From a virus, in the IMG/VR virus record IMGVR_UViG_3300045988_183163: a DNA stretch of 64,000 nt; one strand, written 5' to 3'. Each line of letters opens with the position of its first letter. Within the stretch, counting starts at the first letter, position 1. The position numbers and the translations under genes are program-made. This document shows positions 11,072 through 20,515 of the stretch, piece after piece. The notes beneath the pieces are model-generated. The model had not been told where the DNA came from, ran no database searches, and saw nothing but the letters and a program-made list of their open reading frames with translations.

Positions 11072-11368
11072 TCACCTCCCGTTCAACACATCATCCAGTG
11101 CCTGCAAGAAAACTCTGGATTCCTCATTGATTCCGCCGCGACACAGAACTTTCGCAATATCATCAAATCCTACCAAGTACATATTTTCTTCACCCATGTA
11201 CCCTTGCGGCCAGGGAACCGCATAGTAGTTGTGCGGAACAGAACTTGTGTCATAGCCGACCACAATATATTTCTGGTCTGCAACATTTTTCACCGTCAGG
11301 ATAGTCCCAAGCGGTAACGCGTCTTTCATGGAATGAGTAGTTGCAGGCATGATTCTCTGAATTTTCAA
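11072..11368 (-). CDS. hypothetical protein
   Basis: 98-aa ORF; promoter copy at 11390..11417 lies upstream. Confidence 0.45.
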   Translation of the reverse strand: MKIQRIMPATTHSMKDALPLGTILTVKNVADQKYIVVGYDTSSVPHNYYAVPWPQGYMGEENMYLVGFDDIAKVLCRGGINEESRVFLQALDDVLNGR

Positions 11369-11389
11369 AACAGCACCTCCCTAATTTTC

Positions 11390-11417
11390 ATTTTATGAGA
11401 CTCGCACATTTGCGCAA
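11390..11417 (-). promoter_or_regulatory. conserved promoter family copy (TTGCGC-N16-TAAAAT)
   Basis: Minus strand reads TTGCGCaaatGTGCGAGtctcaTAAAAT. Confidence 0.45.
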
Positions 11418-11539
11418 GGAAACTGAAAACAAAAAAAGCGGCCGCTCCAAAAGGAACGACCGCAAAGATACGAGTCAGATATTATTCATTGAGCTGGGCA
11501 AGGATACCCGTGACTTCAGTCATGGGAGGAATTGTTCCT

Positions 11540-12802
11540 TCACCTTCTTTCTGTAATATAATTTGTTGCGACTTCTAGTAGCCGCATTTTTTTGTAGGAC
11601 GCGCTATTAGAAACAACAGTACCGTCCAATTTTTTAAGAGCGAAGTATCCAGAAGTTCGTCTGCCTGTGATAAAGCATTCTGAGCCATTATAGGATACTT
11701 TGTCCCAAAGACGATAACCCTTTACGGTGTACGGAGCTTGATTAGCCTTGCGTATACCACCTTTTAGGATAGTTGCTTTGTGCAGCTGTCTGTTATGGTG
11801 GCGTATAGCCTTCGTGTAGTAGCAAGTATCGCAAGGTATGGCCAATGGGTTCTTGCTAATGCAGCGTGCATCGTTGGTGTGACTTTTAGGAATACTATGC
11901 TTCTCACGCAAGTACTTGGTTATGTAGCCATAAGTCCCTTGTACCGGAATCTTCAGCTCTTTAAGCAAGCGTTCCATAAGTGTCTTACGCATAACCCCCA
12001 TAAAAGCTGCATCTTTGAGAGACCTGCCACGTTTTTTGCCGTCAAGTGTTACTTTTCCAGCGTGTAGAGCTTTATGGCAAGCTGTGCATAGCGTGATAAG
12101 GTTGTTTGGCGCATTGCCACCTGTTCTACGGGTCTCGATATGATGCACATGCAGCTTTACAGCTTTTGTTTTTGTTGGATGCGCACCGCAGCATTGGCAC
12201 GTATAATTGTCACGCTTTAACACATACTGGCGTACATTGTACTCATCGTACATTTCACCAAGCTGATAGTCTGTGCCTACCGGCAGAGGTTTACCTTCCA
12301 GCATTGCTTTTAGACGTTGTGTGTCAAACTCTGCTGTTTCTACTCTGACGAACGTAACAGGCAAAATACGACATACTCGCTTGATAAGCGTAATGTGTTC
12401 TTGAATCTTGACCTCCACTGATGGCGCTAACCAGCCCTTATGCTTGCTATGCACTCTGTTGTTGAAACGCGGCGCACGGTAACGGGTTTTGCGGTTTCGC
12501 CTGCTGCGTCTGAAAGCACGGCGTGCAGAAAGCAAATCAACCACATCATTGCGTGGAGTTGCCTCTTCGCAATAGAGTTCGTACTTTTCAGTGGCAGCAG
12601 ATATGCCAATATGTTTGCTGCCTGCATCTACGCCCAAAGTAATAGGTTGTTTGTATCCTGTACTTCCATACAGGAGCTTGATTGTAAACGGTGTGCGTTT
12701 TACAACGCATGCTTTCTTCTGCTTTAACAATAAGCGAGCCTTGCGTGGAGAGCACGGCATCAAAGGTTCGCCGTGTTTGTTAAGCACATACACATATTGC
12801 AT
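11540..12802 (-). CDS. iscB: IscB, OMEGA RNA-guided nuclease (PLMP, split RuvC, HNH domains)
   Basis: PLMP motif HGEPLMPCSPRKARLL; RuvC-I LGVDAGSKHIG; Arg-rich bridge helix RRAFRRSRRNRKTRYR; RuvC-II VRVETAEFD; HNH CQCCG...HHIE...NLITLCTACH; RuvC-III SHTNDARC. 420 aa; RBS AAGGAG. Confidence 0.8.
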   Translation of the reverse strand: MQYVYVLNKHGEPLMPCSPRKARLLLKQKKACVVKRTPFTIKLLYGSTGYKQPITLGVDAGSKHIGISAATEKYELYCEEATPRNDVVDLLSARRAFRRSRRNRKTRYRAPRFNNRVHSKHKGWLAPSVEVKIQEHITLIKRVCRILPVTFVRVETAEFDTQRLKAMLEGKPLPVGTDYQLGEMYDEYNVRQYVLKRDNYTCQCCGAHPTKTKAVKLHVHHIETRRTGGNAPNNLITLCTACHKALHAGKVTLDGKKRGRSLKDAAFMGVMRKTLMERLLKELKIPVQGTYGYITKYLREKHSIPKSHTNDARCISKNPLAIPCDTCYYTKAIRHHNRQLHKATILKGGIRKANQAPYTVKGYRLWDKVSYNGSECFITGRRTSGYFALKKLDGTVVSNSASYKKMRLLEVATNYITERR

Positions 12803-13091
12803 GATACCATGCTCCTTTCTATTTGTGTGACAGCTAATGATAAGCTGTCCTCTCCTCCGAAGAGGAGTTACTTCCGAAGAAGCTAATCCTTCCCCAAAGT
12901 TATAAGCGGTTTAATGCAGCCACACCTGTTGTCTTTACCTCAGATTTCTTTGATGTGTTGCCTTAGAGCGTGCAGTTAGGATTAACGCCGCACGGTAACT
13001 ATCTATTCGCTTATAACGGAGTGCTCGAAGCACTTAGGGTAGTCAACATATCCTTTCGGACATTTCTAAAGCGTAGACTCGCTGATGCAAG
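12803..13091 (-). ncRNA. candidate omega-RNA of IscB (located 5' of iscB up to the LE hairpin)
   Basis: 290 nt with no ORF between the LE hairpin and the iscB start. It contains several GC-rich stems (for example GGAAGTAACTCCTCTTCGGAGGAG). The position matches the known IscB omega-RNA layout. Confidence 0.4.
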
Positions 13092-13111
13092 CCCGCGACT
13101 TTAGTCGTGGG

Positions 13112-13597
13112 TTATTGACGGGAATCAGCTTTCCTGAAATCAGAAAGTTGATTCTCAGTGGAACACTGCACGAAAGGAATTCCCGTGCGCGAATTCACAA
13201 AAACGTCTGTGGTAGCAAACGCATTGCCAAAACTCATGTCACAGAAAACGACGTGAGAACTTTCGTCACCAGATGCACGGGGCGCAAAGCTGGTACATGC
13301 AAACCAATCCAATTCATCCTGCCCCTGTTCATCATAAAGATAAATGACGGGAGCCGGAATGTTGGGCGTCGGCATAGCCAGTGAGCCAACCTGCATTTCA
13401 TTGACACAGAGGTCAATGGGCGGGTTCCCGTTCTGATAATCCCATTTGGGGTATGACTGAGCCCTGATGGTGGTGTCGCCATCATCTACCTCGATGCCAA
13501 GAGCAGCGATATCGAATGGAATACCGAGCTTTTCCTTGATTTCTTCCGGGGTGAAAGTTAGGAGCTTACCGTGTTCGCCTTGGATGTAGAGTCTCAT
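13112..13597 (-). CDS. hypothetical protein
   Basis: 161-aa ORF. Confidence 0.5.
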   Translation of the reverse strand: MRLYIQGEHGKLLTFTPEEIKEKLGIPFDIAALGIEVDDGDTTIRAQSYPKWDYQNGNPPIDLCVNEMQVGSLAMPTPNIPAPVIYLYDEQGQDELDWFACTSFAPRASGDESSHVVFCDMSFGNAFATTDVFVNSRTGIPFVQCSTENQLSDFRKADSRQ

Positions 13598-13600
13598 GGC

Positions 13601-14173
13601 TTACTTTTCCTCCTTTTTCTTGTCGGCGTTCAGAATCTTTTCCAGAACGTCGTTATAAAAATCGTCAAGGAACAGACCGGTTTCTTCATCCGCTTCCGGA
13701 GCAGTGAAAACACCGTCTCCTTCAGCTGAATCCTGTACAGCGTCGAAGACACCGATTGTGCCCCTAAGTTCATCGGCCAGAAGGTCATAGCCGAGGTCCT
13801 TCACTTTTGCCGAGAGGTCAATCAGCAGCATTTTCTGCCGAAAGAACTCGTTCATATCCAAGCCAATGTAGGGTTTCGCTGCAACATTGTTTTTCTGAGA
13901 CTTTACTTTGAAAATGCCCCAGTCAAAGTTGCTGTCTGCGCCGTACATATACCCGGACGCAAGGCAGAAACCGTCTGCTGCACTGTCCTCAACGTTGATA
14001 CCGACTTCAAAATCGCTGCCGGAATCTTCATCCAGGTTAATCGCAGAGCCTGTTGCCTTTTCGTACTCTGCCTCAACGTCAGTTTTCATGGCTGCCAGTA
14101 GAGCGTTGAAATCGGTATTCTGGGAAAGCAAGTTCATGCTTTCGCCTTCCTGGTTTTTAATGAGAATGTACAT
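13601..14173 (-). CDS. hypothetical acidic protein
   Basis: 190-aa ORF with RBS AGGAGGTAAATACT. Confidence 0.5.
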   Translation of the reverse strand: MYILIKNQEGESMNLLSQNTDFNALLAAMKTDVEAEYEKATGSAINLDEDSGSDFEVGINVEDSAADGFCLASGYMYGADSNFDWGIFKVKSQKNNVAAKPYIGLDMNEFFRQKMLLIDLSAKVKDLGYDLLADELRGTIGVFDAVQDSAEGDGVFTAPEADEETGLFLDDFYNDVLEKILNADKKKEEK

Positions 14174-14192
14174 AGTATTTACCTCCTAACAA

Positions 14193-14432
14193 TCAAATCA
14201 TGCTATCAGACAATTTGTCGATAGCTGCCGTGATGGCTTCGTTTTCCATCTGAGCAATACGCTCAAACAAATGAGACCAGTCGATGGCATCATAGACACG
14301 CTTGACAAACGCATCATAGGTGCCACCGGCCTTCATCATTTCAATTTCAGATTCATAGCAGCCGGGCTCCTCAAGTATGAACTTGATATCGTCGGTTGGG
14401 TTGATTTGTATTGTTGCTTCGTACTCATTCAT
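14193..14432 (-). CDS. hypothetical protein
   Basis: Start at MNEYEATIQ (RBS GAAAGGAAATAATC). The upstream ATG sits inside the terminator hairpin. Confidence 0.45.
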   Translation of the reverse strand: MNEYEATIQINPTDDIKFILEEPGCYESEIEMMKAGGTYDAFVKRVYDAIDWSHLFERIAQMENEAITAAIDKLSDSMI

Positions 14433-14455
14433 TTTGATTATTTCCTTTCTTTTAT

Positions 14456-14492
14456 ACGCAAAAAGGCGAACCACCCAAATGGGAAGTTCGCC
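14456..14492 (-). terminator. intrinsic terminator in a promoter-proximal leader
   Basis: Hairpin GGCGAACUUCCCAUUUGGGUGGUUCGCC followed by UUUUUGCG on the minus strand; it lies downstream of promoter 14562..14590. Confidence 0.55.
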
Positions 14493-14561
14493 TAAAGCGC
14501 ATTGTTAAGTGTGCGAAGGGCAGGGTGCCTTTTCGATAACTGTTATCTATCGTACATTTTT

Positions 14562-14590
14562 GATTATAGGCCGTTCGCATAAATCCGCAA
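14562..14590 (-). promoter_or_regulatory. conserved promoter family copy (TTGCGG-N16-TATAAT), followed by a diverged ATGTACGATAGATAAC element
   Basis: Minus strand reads TTGCGGatttATGCGAACggccTATAATcaaaaATGTACGATAGATAAC. Confidence 0.5.
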
Positions 14591-14619
14591 CAAAAAACCG
14601 CCACCCAAATGGGAAGCGG
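14591..14619 (-). terminator. intrinsic terminator ending the upstream operon
   Basis: Hairpin CCGCUUCCCAUUUGGGUGGGCGG followed by UUUUUU on the minus strand. Confidence 0.5.
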
Positions 14620-14629
14620 TAATGAAAAA

Positions 14630-14914
14630 TTAAATTTCAGCGCAGAACATCGCGAGTTTCTGCCACAGCAAATAGGTGCTGTATCTCATGCGTACCTTTT
14701 CAGGAACACCAGTAACCAAACACCATTTGTGAGCAGTGGCTTTGATGCGGGGAATCTGCCTCTGTTCGGCTTCGGTAAACGTCTTGCTGTATAGTCTGCG
14801 ACGGCGTCCGGAATTCCAAAAGGCTCCTTGCATCGTTTCGCAAATCAGAGCGTACGCCAAATAGCTTTGGGCTTCTTCGTGAGTCAATGTAACCATCGTT
14901 TTCATGGCTGTCAC
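14630..14914 (-). CDS. hypothetical protein
   Basis: 94-aa ORF; its ATG overlaps the upstream stop (ATGA). Confidence 0.4.
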   Translation of the reverse strand: MTAMKTMVTLTHEEAQSYLAYALICETMQGAFWNSGRRRRLYSKTFTEAEQRQIPRIKATAHKWCLVTGVPEKVRMRYSTYLLWQKLAMFCAEI

Positions 14915-15495
14915 CCTGCCTTTCTCTCATTGCGAGCCATGTGCAATGCATAATCAAGAGCATCGGGGTCATCGGCCAAGAATTTGGCTTCCCGAATCGT
15001 ACCAAACTTCGGGTGCTTCACGATTGGATATTTATCAAAGACTTCCCGTTCCTGAATGAGCGTGCCATTCTTGTATATTACCTCAACGTTATGGGACGGA
15101 ACCGCGTAATGACGGATGCGGTCACATTCGCCCTTATAGTTGATAGGAGTGATACAGCCGATAGGCTTTCTCTCTTCCATCCCTGTAACGGTGACTAGAA
15201 AAGCCTTAATGGTTCGAGCTTCATCTTCCGTATTTTCATCGTAGTACTTGAATGTATTGAACATCGAAGTACCTACTTTGTAAGCATCTTCTTCGAGACA
15301 AAGATACGTTCCGTTGTAACGGCAGAACCAGAGCATTGGCACCGCTTTTCCAGTTTCCTGTGCTTCTTTTGCATAGCGCTTGAAAATCTTTATGTCCAGC
15401 TTGAAATCCTCGGTGTAATGCTTCACCGTGCTTTTCACGATGAGTTTCAGGAAATCACAGATGGAAATAGCGGTCATAGTCATATTGGAAGTCAT
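14911..15495 (-). CDS. hypothetical protein
   Basis: 194-aa ORF. Confidence 0.5.
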   Translation of the reverse strand: MTSNMTMTAISICDFLKLIVKSTVKHYTEDFKLDIKIFKRYAKEAQETGKAVPMLWFCRYNGTYLCLEEDAYKVGTSMFNTFKYYDENTEDEARTIKAFLVTVTGMEERKPIGCITPINYKGECDRIRHYAVPSHNVEVIYKNGTLIQEREVFDKYPIVKHPKFGTIREAKFLADDPDALDYALHMARNERKAG

Positions 15496-15510
15496 AATAA
15501 AATCTCCTTT

Positions 15511-16512
15511 TTAGTCAACTATAACTTTAGAAATATTCATGTCATAGCGGTTGAATTTAGAAATATAGTCAAAAATGGTATTTACTTGAGCTTTTGTTGC
15601 GGTTTTGGTCTCATCCATATCGAGGAATGTATTGCCCATCGAAGGATTACGAATGGCAATCCAACCGCGTTTATATAGGAAATCGAGACCCTTGCCGCTC
15701 CAGTCATACGCCATATTTAGAACTTCATGGTCAGAAAGACCAAACGCTTCTCGATTGCGCATGATGATGCGGCCAGCCAGGGCAGCGTGCTCGCCAAACT
15801 CGCAGGCATACCAAGTGCCATCGGGAGCAATCAGACCATATTCGGTCAGCTGATGCTGAATGGGTCTATCACTGATATAGCTGTTGTACAGTCGCTGACG
15901 GCGTTCAACGGATGTGCCTTTCATGTTTGCTTCAATCCAAGAGGCAAGCTTGGTCCAAAAATCGGTTTTGTAGAATTCCGGGTTGGATTCCTGCTCAGGA
16001 AGCGGTTCGCCGTTGAATTCTGCCACAAGGTCAGGACGGTTGAGCAGCCACGCACCATTGTTAAAGGTATCGGGGTAACCCGCATCGCCAATAACATAGT
16101 CCTTGATGCTGTCATAGCTATAATCGATATAATGACGCTCTACATCCTTACAAAGCGTATCATAATCGAATGACATAGCGAAACGGTCGATGTACTTGAG
16201 TGGATGCACAATCATATCCTCACGAATCTGACTGACCAGCATCTTGTGTTGAAGCTCCTCAACCTTCTGCCCGAGGGAACGAACACGAACATTGTCATCG
16301 ACAAGTTCAAACTCATTGATACCAACAAGTTTTTTCCGGCCTTCGATAATGTCCTGGCAAACATGCCTTTTTTCTTCCTCGTTGCCACCCATCATGCAGG
16401 AGAGCAGCAGCTCCTCACACTTTTTATACGGCTTGTCCATATTCCAGAACCAGTCACGTGCAATGGCGGTGAGGAACTCACCATCCATACTGAAATGTAG
16501 TTGTTCACCCAT
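15511..16512 (-). CDS. hypothetical protein
   Basis: Start at MGEQLHF with RBS GAGGAGG. Confidence 0.5.
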   Translation of the reverse strand: MGEQLHFSMDGEFLTAIARDWFWNMDKPYKKCEELLLSCMMGGNEEEKRHVCQDIIEGRKKLVGINEFELVDDNVRVRSLGQKVEELQHKMLVSQIREDMIVHPLKYIDRFAMSFDYDTLCKDVERHYIDYSYDSIKDYVIGDAGYPDTFNNGAWLLNRPDLVAEFNGEPLPEQESNPEFYKTDFWTKLASWIEANMKGTSVERRQRLYNSYISDRPIQHQLTEYGLIAPDGTWYACEFGEHAALAGRIIMRNREAFGLSDHEVLNMAYDWSGKGLDFLYKRGWIAIRNPSMGNTFLDMDETKTATKAQVNTIFDYISKFNRYDMNISKVIVD

Positions 16513-16533
16513 GTTGGGTAACCTCCTCAATTG

Positions 16534-17061
16534 TTATGTGTTGTTCTCGACAAAGTCTTCGCATTCCTCGCTGGTCAAAACCACGCCGAAATAGGCAACA
16601 CGCTTGACGGTGGTTTCCCACACGCGAACGGTGCGTGCCATTGGCTGAACGACCCAGGAATGACAGCGCCAGAGCCCGTCTTCGGAAAGAGCATAGCCCG
16701 TTGCAATAAAGCACCGGTCTTTGTTTTTATACCAAAGCCGTGCAGAATTGTAATGGCACTGGCAATCCTGGCCTTTCCTCATATAGCTGCTGCCATAAAA
16801 GAACCGGCCGCGTTCAAGGATTTTTGGTGCATCTTCATCGAACATCGTCATGCAGACTTCATCCCCGCCAAATGTGAGGATTTTGTCATGCAGCTTCTTC
16901 ATAGCATCGAGCGTTTGAGTATCGAAACCAGAAGAGGTGTTGTAAATCTGGCTTTTGGTAAGCCGCATTTTCCAATCCTCGTTCATTGGGTTCCAATGAA
17001 TCGGCGCAGGCATCCGGTTTGCGGTGAGAATGGGGTGTTTAGAACTGTTCCAGCCTTTCAT
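16534..17061 (-). CDS. hypothetical protein
   Basis: 175-aa ORF; the antisense ORF 16531..17118 is rejected because of the strand block. Confidence 0.45.
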   Translation of the reverse strand: MKGWNSSKHPILTANRMPAPIHWNPMNEDWKMRLTKSQIYNTSSGFDTQTLDAMKKLHDKILTFGGDEVCMTMFDEDAPKILERGRFFYGSSYMRKGQDCQCHYNSARLWYKNKDRCFIATGYALSEDGLWRCHSWVVQPMARTVRVWETTVKRVAYFGVVLTSEECEDFVENNT

Positions 17062-17642
17062 TACAATTTCTCCCTGATAGAACGCAGACAGCTCAGGATT
17101 TTTGCATACAAACGGTAACGATTTTCGCCGCTCGGTACAAAGTCACCAAGCTTTTTGGAAATGAGAAGTTTATCAAATGCCTCCATAATATCAAAGACGG
17201 TGAACAGCTTGTATTGTGCATTTATATGATTCACACGGAACTCGACATCTTCGACAAGATGCCAATATTCCATGCCATACAACATCGCGCCGCTTTCGTT
17301 TGCTTTTCGGTCTTGCTCTTCGTCTGCATCGTCACACACAATATAGACACCGTTTTCGTCGAGATAGTTCTCGAAGACGTCGCAGATATCGGAGGCAACA
17401 GAACGGATATCGGAATTTGCCTTCACCTCAGGTTCAGGCTGGGCGGCTTCAACTTTGTACTCGATACTGTCGTGACGAAGTGACTCTTCGATGCCATCAA
17501 AAACGATGTCCGCGCAGTCGTTATCATCCCGACACGCTTCGAAAATGTTTTTGACGAATTCGATTGCCTCTTTGGAATCGGAGCTTCCCTCAACAGAGAA
17601 CTCCAAAGGAACCAAGGCAACAACTTTGTATTTATTCTTCAT
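17061..17642 (-). CDS. hypothetical acidic protein
   Basis: 193-aa ORF. Confidence 0.5.
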   Translation of the reverse strand: MKNKYKVVALVPLEFSVEGSSDSKEAIEFVKNIFEACRDDNDCADIVFDGIEESLRHDSIEYKVEAAQPEPEVKANSDIRSVASDICDVFENYLDENGVYIVCDDADEEQDRKANESGAMLYGMEYWHLVEDVEFRVNHINAQYKLFTVFDIMEAFDKLLISKKLGDFVPSGENRYRLYAKILSCLRSIREKL

Positions 17643-17852
17643 GATTTTTTCTCCTTAGTTTAACAGGATGCCGCAGCATTTGTTCAAGGCAAGTGCGCTT
17701 GCAGCGAGAGCAGCAACCTTCTCAAAGGTAATGCTCTCCGCAATTGCACAGACGCTCATAACAATGAGCAGAACAGCTGCCACAGCAGATACTATTACTA
17801 TCTGACTTTTGATGCCGGTTTTCATGAGCTTTTTCTCTTTCTGTTTATGCCC

Positions 17853-18188
17853 TTATCGGAGCATATCAATGATTTTTCCAACCAACTCATCATTGGTCAC
17901 GAACTGATTACGTCCTTTTGCGCCGAGCGATACAGAGGAGTAATCTTTCATACTGGCGGCATAGCGAACCATGTTCTTGTCAGACAAGAGCTGATAGCAA
18001 CTCTTTTCAGTGCTGACGTAAACGCACTTATTGTTGAGAACGTTCTGAATGTGGCCAGAGCAGCCAACACGCTTACCGTTGATGATGATGTTGTGTAGGT
18101 TATGGGTTAGCATAAGGTCTTTGCTTTCGGTTTCTTTTACCTTTAACTGGTTCAAGAGTTTTCGGGACAGATAAACGGTTGCTTTCAT
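17853..18188 (-). CDS. hypothetical protein
   Basis: 111-aa ORF. Confidence 0.4.
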   Translation of the reverse strand: MKATVYLSRKLLNQLKVKETESKDLMLTHNLHNIIINGKRVGCSGHIQNVLNNKCVYVSTEKSCYQLLSDKNMVRYAASMKDYSSVSLGAKGRNQFVTNDELVGKIIDMLR

Positions 18189-18205
18189 TGTGACTTCCTC
18201 CTAAT

Positions 18206-19033
18206 TCAAATGAAGTATTTGTAAGCGGCAGTTAAGCGTTTGCGGTACAGGTCTAACGTGGTCAGCCCTCCTGCATAGACTTTGCGGGAAGAGATTATCA
18301 CGTTGGTTCCTGCTTCCATATGGGAGAAGAACATCGAAAGGCAATCTTCCAGGCTGTCGCTTGTAGTGAGAGTTTCGTACACCGGATATGAGTATTTGGC
18401 GGCTTTGCTGTATGTGCTATTGAGCTCATACACGAAGAACATCACCTGTCCCGTAACGGTGTTGGGGTCATAGCCATTGCCATAACACCAGTTGAAAAGG
18501 TCTGTCTTTCGGCTATAAGTCCATTGCAGGAGTCCATAGCCGCCATCCGAAGGGTTTTCGGCCGAGGCTTTAAGACCGCTTTCCATCGACATGCAGCCCA
18601 TCACTGCGGCAGTACCGGCCTTTGAAAGGCCAGCGGACCGCAGAGCTGTGTAGATTTCAAGCTCATTGTCGTTGAGATTATCTGGAATTGTTTCGGGTTT
18701 CGGTTCAGCTTCTTCGATGGCTGCTTCTGCGGTCTCAATCCGTGGTTCCGGTTCTGCAGCATCGGAAGATTCGACCTCAGCAGTTGTAATTTCCTCCTGT
18801 GCTTCTTCGGAAGTTTCCGTTATCGGGAACGCTTTATCGAGCTCATTCACCGTTTCAATGGGAGTGGAAAAAGCGATAGGTTCGGTTTTGGGAGCTATGT
18901 TTTCCTCTGCGTGTGCAGGAACAGAAAGCATAAAACCCATGCAGGCGATGATGGTAAAAATACACATCACCGCGACGACAACCAGGACATGCTTGTTCCG
19001 AAAAATGCTGTTATTATTCTTTTCGACTTTCAT
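18206..19033 (-). CDS. membrane-anchored lysozyme-like peptidoglycan hydrolase (phage tail lysozyme-type domain)
   Basis: N-terminal TM helix, acidic linker, and a C-terminal region AVMGCMSMESG...GYGLLQWTYSRK typical of phage lysozyme-2 type domains. Confidence 0.45.
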   Translation of the reverse strand: MKVEKNNNSIFRNKHVLVVVAVMCIFTIIACMGFMLSVPAHAEENIAPKTEPIAFSTPIETVNELDKAFPITETSEEAQEEITTAEVESSDAAEPEPRIETAEAAIEEAEPKPETIPDNLNDNELEIYTALRSAGLSKAGTAAVMGCMSMESGLKASAENPSDGGYGLLQWTYSRKTDLFNWCYGNGYDPNTVTGQVMFFVYELNSTYSKAAKYSYPVYETLTTSDSLEDCLSMFFSHMEAGTNVIISSRKVYAGGLTTLDLYRKRLTAAYKYFI

Positions 19034-19123
19034 TTTGTGACTCCTTTTTTGTGTCTTTTCCTTGTAGCGGAAGATTGTGATTTGAGATTTGTGGTTTGTT
19101 TTGAATTCCTCCTTTTTCTGTAA

Positions 19124-19172
19124 ACAAAAAAAGGCAGGCCCATCATGAAGATGAGTCTGCCTTGAATGAGAA
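19124..19172 (-). terminator. intrinsic terminator in a promoter-proximal leader
   Basis: Hairpin AGGCAGACUCAUCUUCAUGAUGGGCCUGCCU followed by UUUUUUUG on the minus strand; it sits between the leader element and gene 18206..19033. Confidence 0.55.
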
Positions 19173-19181
19173 CAGAATTAT

Positions 19182-19251
19182 GAATTGTACGAGCACGCGG
19201 TGTGCAAAGTAGATGTTATCTGTCGTACAACTTTAATACTATGGAATTCGC
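19182..19251 (-). promoter_or_regulatory. conserved leader element copy B (TTGTACGAcAGATAacATCTACT..GCACA....GTGCTCGTACAATTC)
   Basis: About 85 percent identical to 8636..8698, with compensatory changes in the inner stems. Confidence 0.5.
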
Positions 19252-19263
19252 AAGGATGTGCAA
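19236..19263 (-). promoter_or_regulatory. conserved promoter family copy (TTGCAC-N16-TAGTAT)
   Basis: Minus strand reads TTGCACatccTTGCGAATTCcaTAGTAT. Confidence 0.45.
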
Positions 19264-19285
19264 GAGCTTTTGATGTGCTTCTTTT

Positions 19286-19825
19286 TCAGGCTTCGTTAAG
19301 CCATTTCTGAGTGATATCCATGATTTGATTCTGAAATTCCGGGTCCGGCAAGGTTTTGCTGTCTGCCCAAATTGAGTTACGGACGATTGGGTAATCGTAC
19401 ACGACGCCGTCAACGATATAGGGCCAAAGAACAACTTCACCACCCACAAGCCAGAGCTTTTGGACTTTGACAGGCTTCTCATATCTTGTGAGCCAGCATT
19501 CACTGGTCACGACAGAATCCGCCACATATTTCTGTGTTTCTTCCTCAGTTAAGAGATTCGGGTCTTCGTCCTTGATGTTGTACATTCGGACAATGAACGG
19601 TAACGGCATGTCCTTGGAGTATTTTTTGTTCTGACGCAGCTCAGCGAGCAGGAATTTTGAGACAAAATGCGCAATGCCGATGCTGGTCAGGCAGTCGTCA
19701 AGGGTATGCCCAAGACAAATTCTTGGGATTTCCTGGTCCTCCCCTTTCATCCGATTCGTTGGTATCTGCGGAACAACATCGTCCGGCAGGCATCCGGTGT
19801 CTGCCATGATATGATAAAGAATCAT
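19286..19825 (-). CDS. hypothetical protein
   Basis: Start at MILYHIMADTG with RBS AGGAGGAAACATC. Confidence 0.5.
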   Translation of the reverse strand: MILYHIMADTGCLPDDVVPQIPTNRMKGEDQEIPRICLGHTLDDCLTSIGIAHFVSKFLLAELRQNKKYSKDMPLPFIVRMYNIKDEDPNLLTEEETQKYVADSVVTSECWLTRYEKPVKVQKLWLVGGEVVLWPYIVDGVVYDYPIVRNSIWADSKTLPDPEFQNQIMDITQKWLNEA

Positions 19826-19978
19826 TGATGTTTCCTCCTGAAATAAAAAAAATAGCAGGCCCTCAAGAATCGAGAGTCTGCGTTGTTCGCACGATGAATC
19901 ATTCATTCGAGTGTGTTTTTATCGTGTAGTTGATATTTTGTTTGGCTTGTACACGTAGCCAGCCCAAACAGACATCGT

Positions 19979-20461
19979 TCAGAACGTCTTGTTATCAGGA
20001 ATCCGCAGATACATCCAGGACTGTGGTGCTCGCTTAACGCCGAGCTCTCGCAGCGACATATCCATAGATTGGACATCAGAAACGTTCCAGCAATAAAGAG
20101 TGCCGGACTTATTGCCGTATGCAATCAGCTCATTTGCGGTAAGGCAGCTGTCCTTCACGAATTGAGCGGTCTTTTCGGTCACTTCCGTGCCAATAGCATA
20201 TGCCGGAAGCTCACGCAGGCAATCGAGTGTATTGATGGCACGGCAAACAAATGCGGCAGTCACTTTTCCAGCACCACCGTTAGCTTTGGTTTCGTAGCAA
20301 AATACTACAAAAGGATAGCTAATTTCCCACGGCATAGTTTTTCGGACCTCAACAGTCTTTTCTCCGCTCAGAATTTTTTCAAGCCATTGCTTCTTGATGC
20401 TGAGAAGAACGGCTTTATTCGAGTTGATTTCAAGGGTTTTATTGATATTTGAATTAAGCAT
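19979..20461 (-). CDS. ASCH-domain-like protein
   Basis: 160 aa; the N-terminus (LLSIKKQWLEKILSGEKTVEVRK) resembles the ASCH beta-barrel. Confidence 0.4.
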   Translation of the reverse strand: MLNSNINKTLEINSNKAVLLSIKKQWLEKILSGEKTVEVRKTMPWEISYPFVVFCYETKANGGAGKVTAAFVCRAINTLDCLRELPAYAIGTEVTEKTAQFVKDSCLTANELIAYGNKSGTLYCWNVSDVQSMDMSLRELGVKRAPQSWMYLRIPDNKTF

Positions 20462-20515
20462 TGTTATGCTCCTTTCACACTTCGGGTATTTTTTATTTTT
20501 GGTGGGATTTCTTAC

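Larger units (their letters stand above)
11500..13120 (-). mobile_element. IS200/IS605-family element carrying iscB only (no tnpA)
   Basis: Subterminal hairpins CCCGTGACTTCAGTCATGGG (11507..11526) and CCCGCGACTTTAGTCGTGGG (13092..13111) flank iscB and a 290-nt non-coding stretch. Confidence 0.6.
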
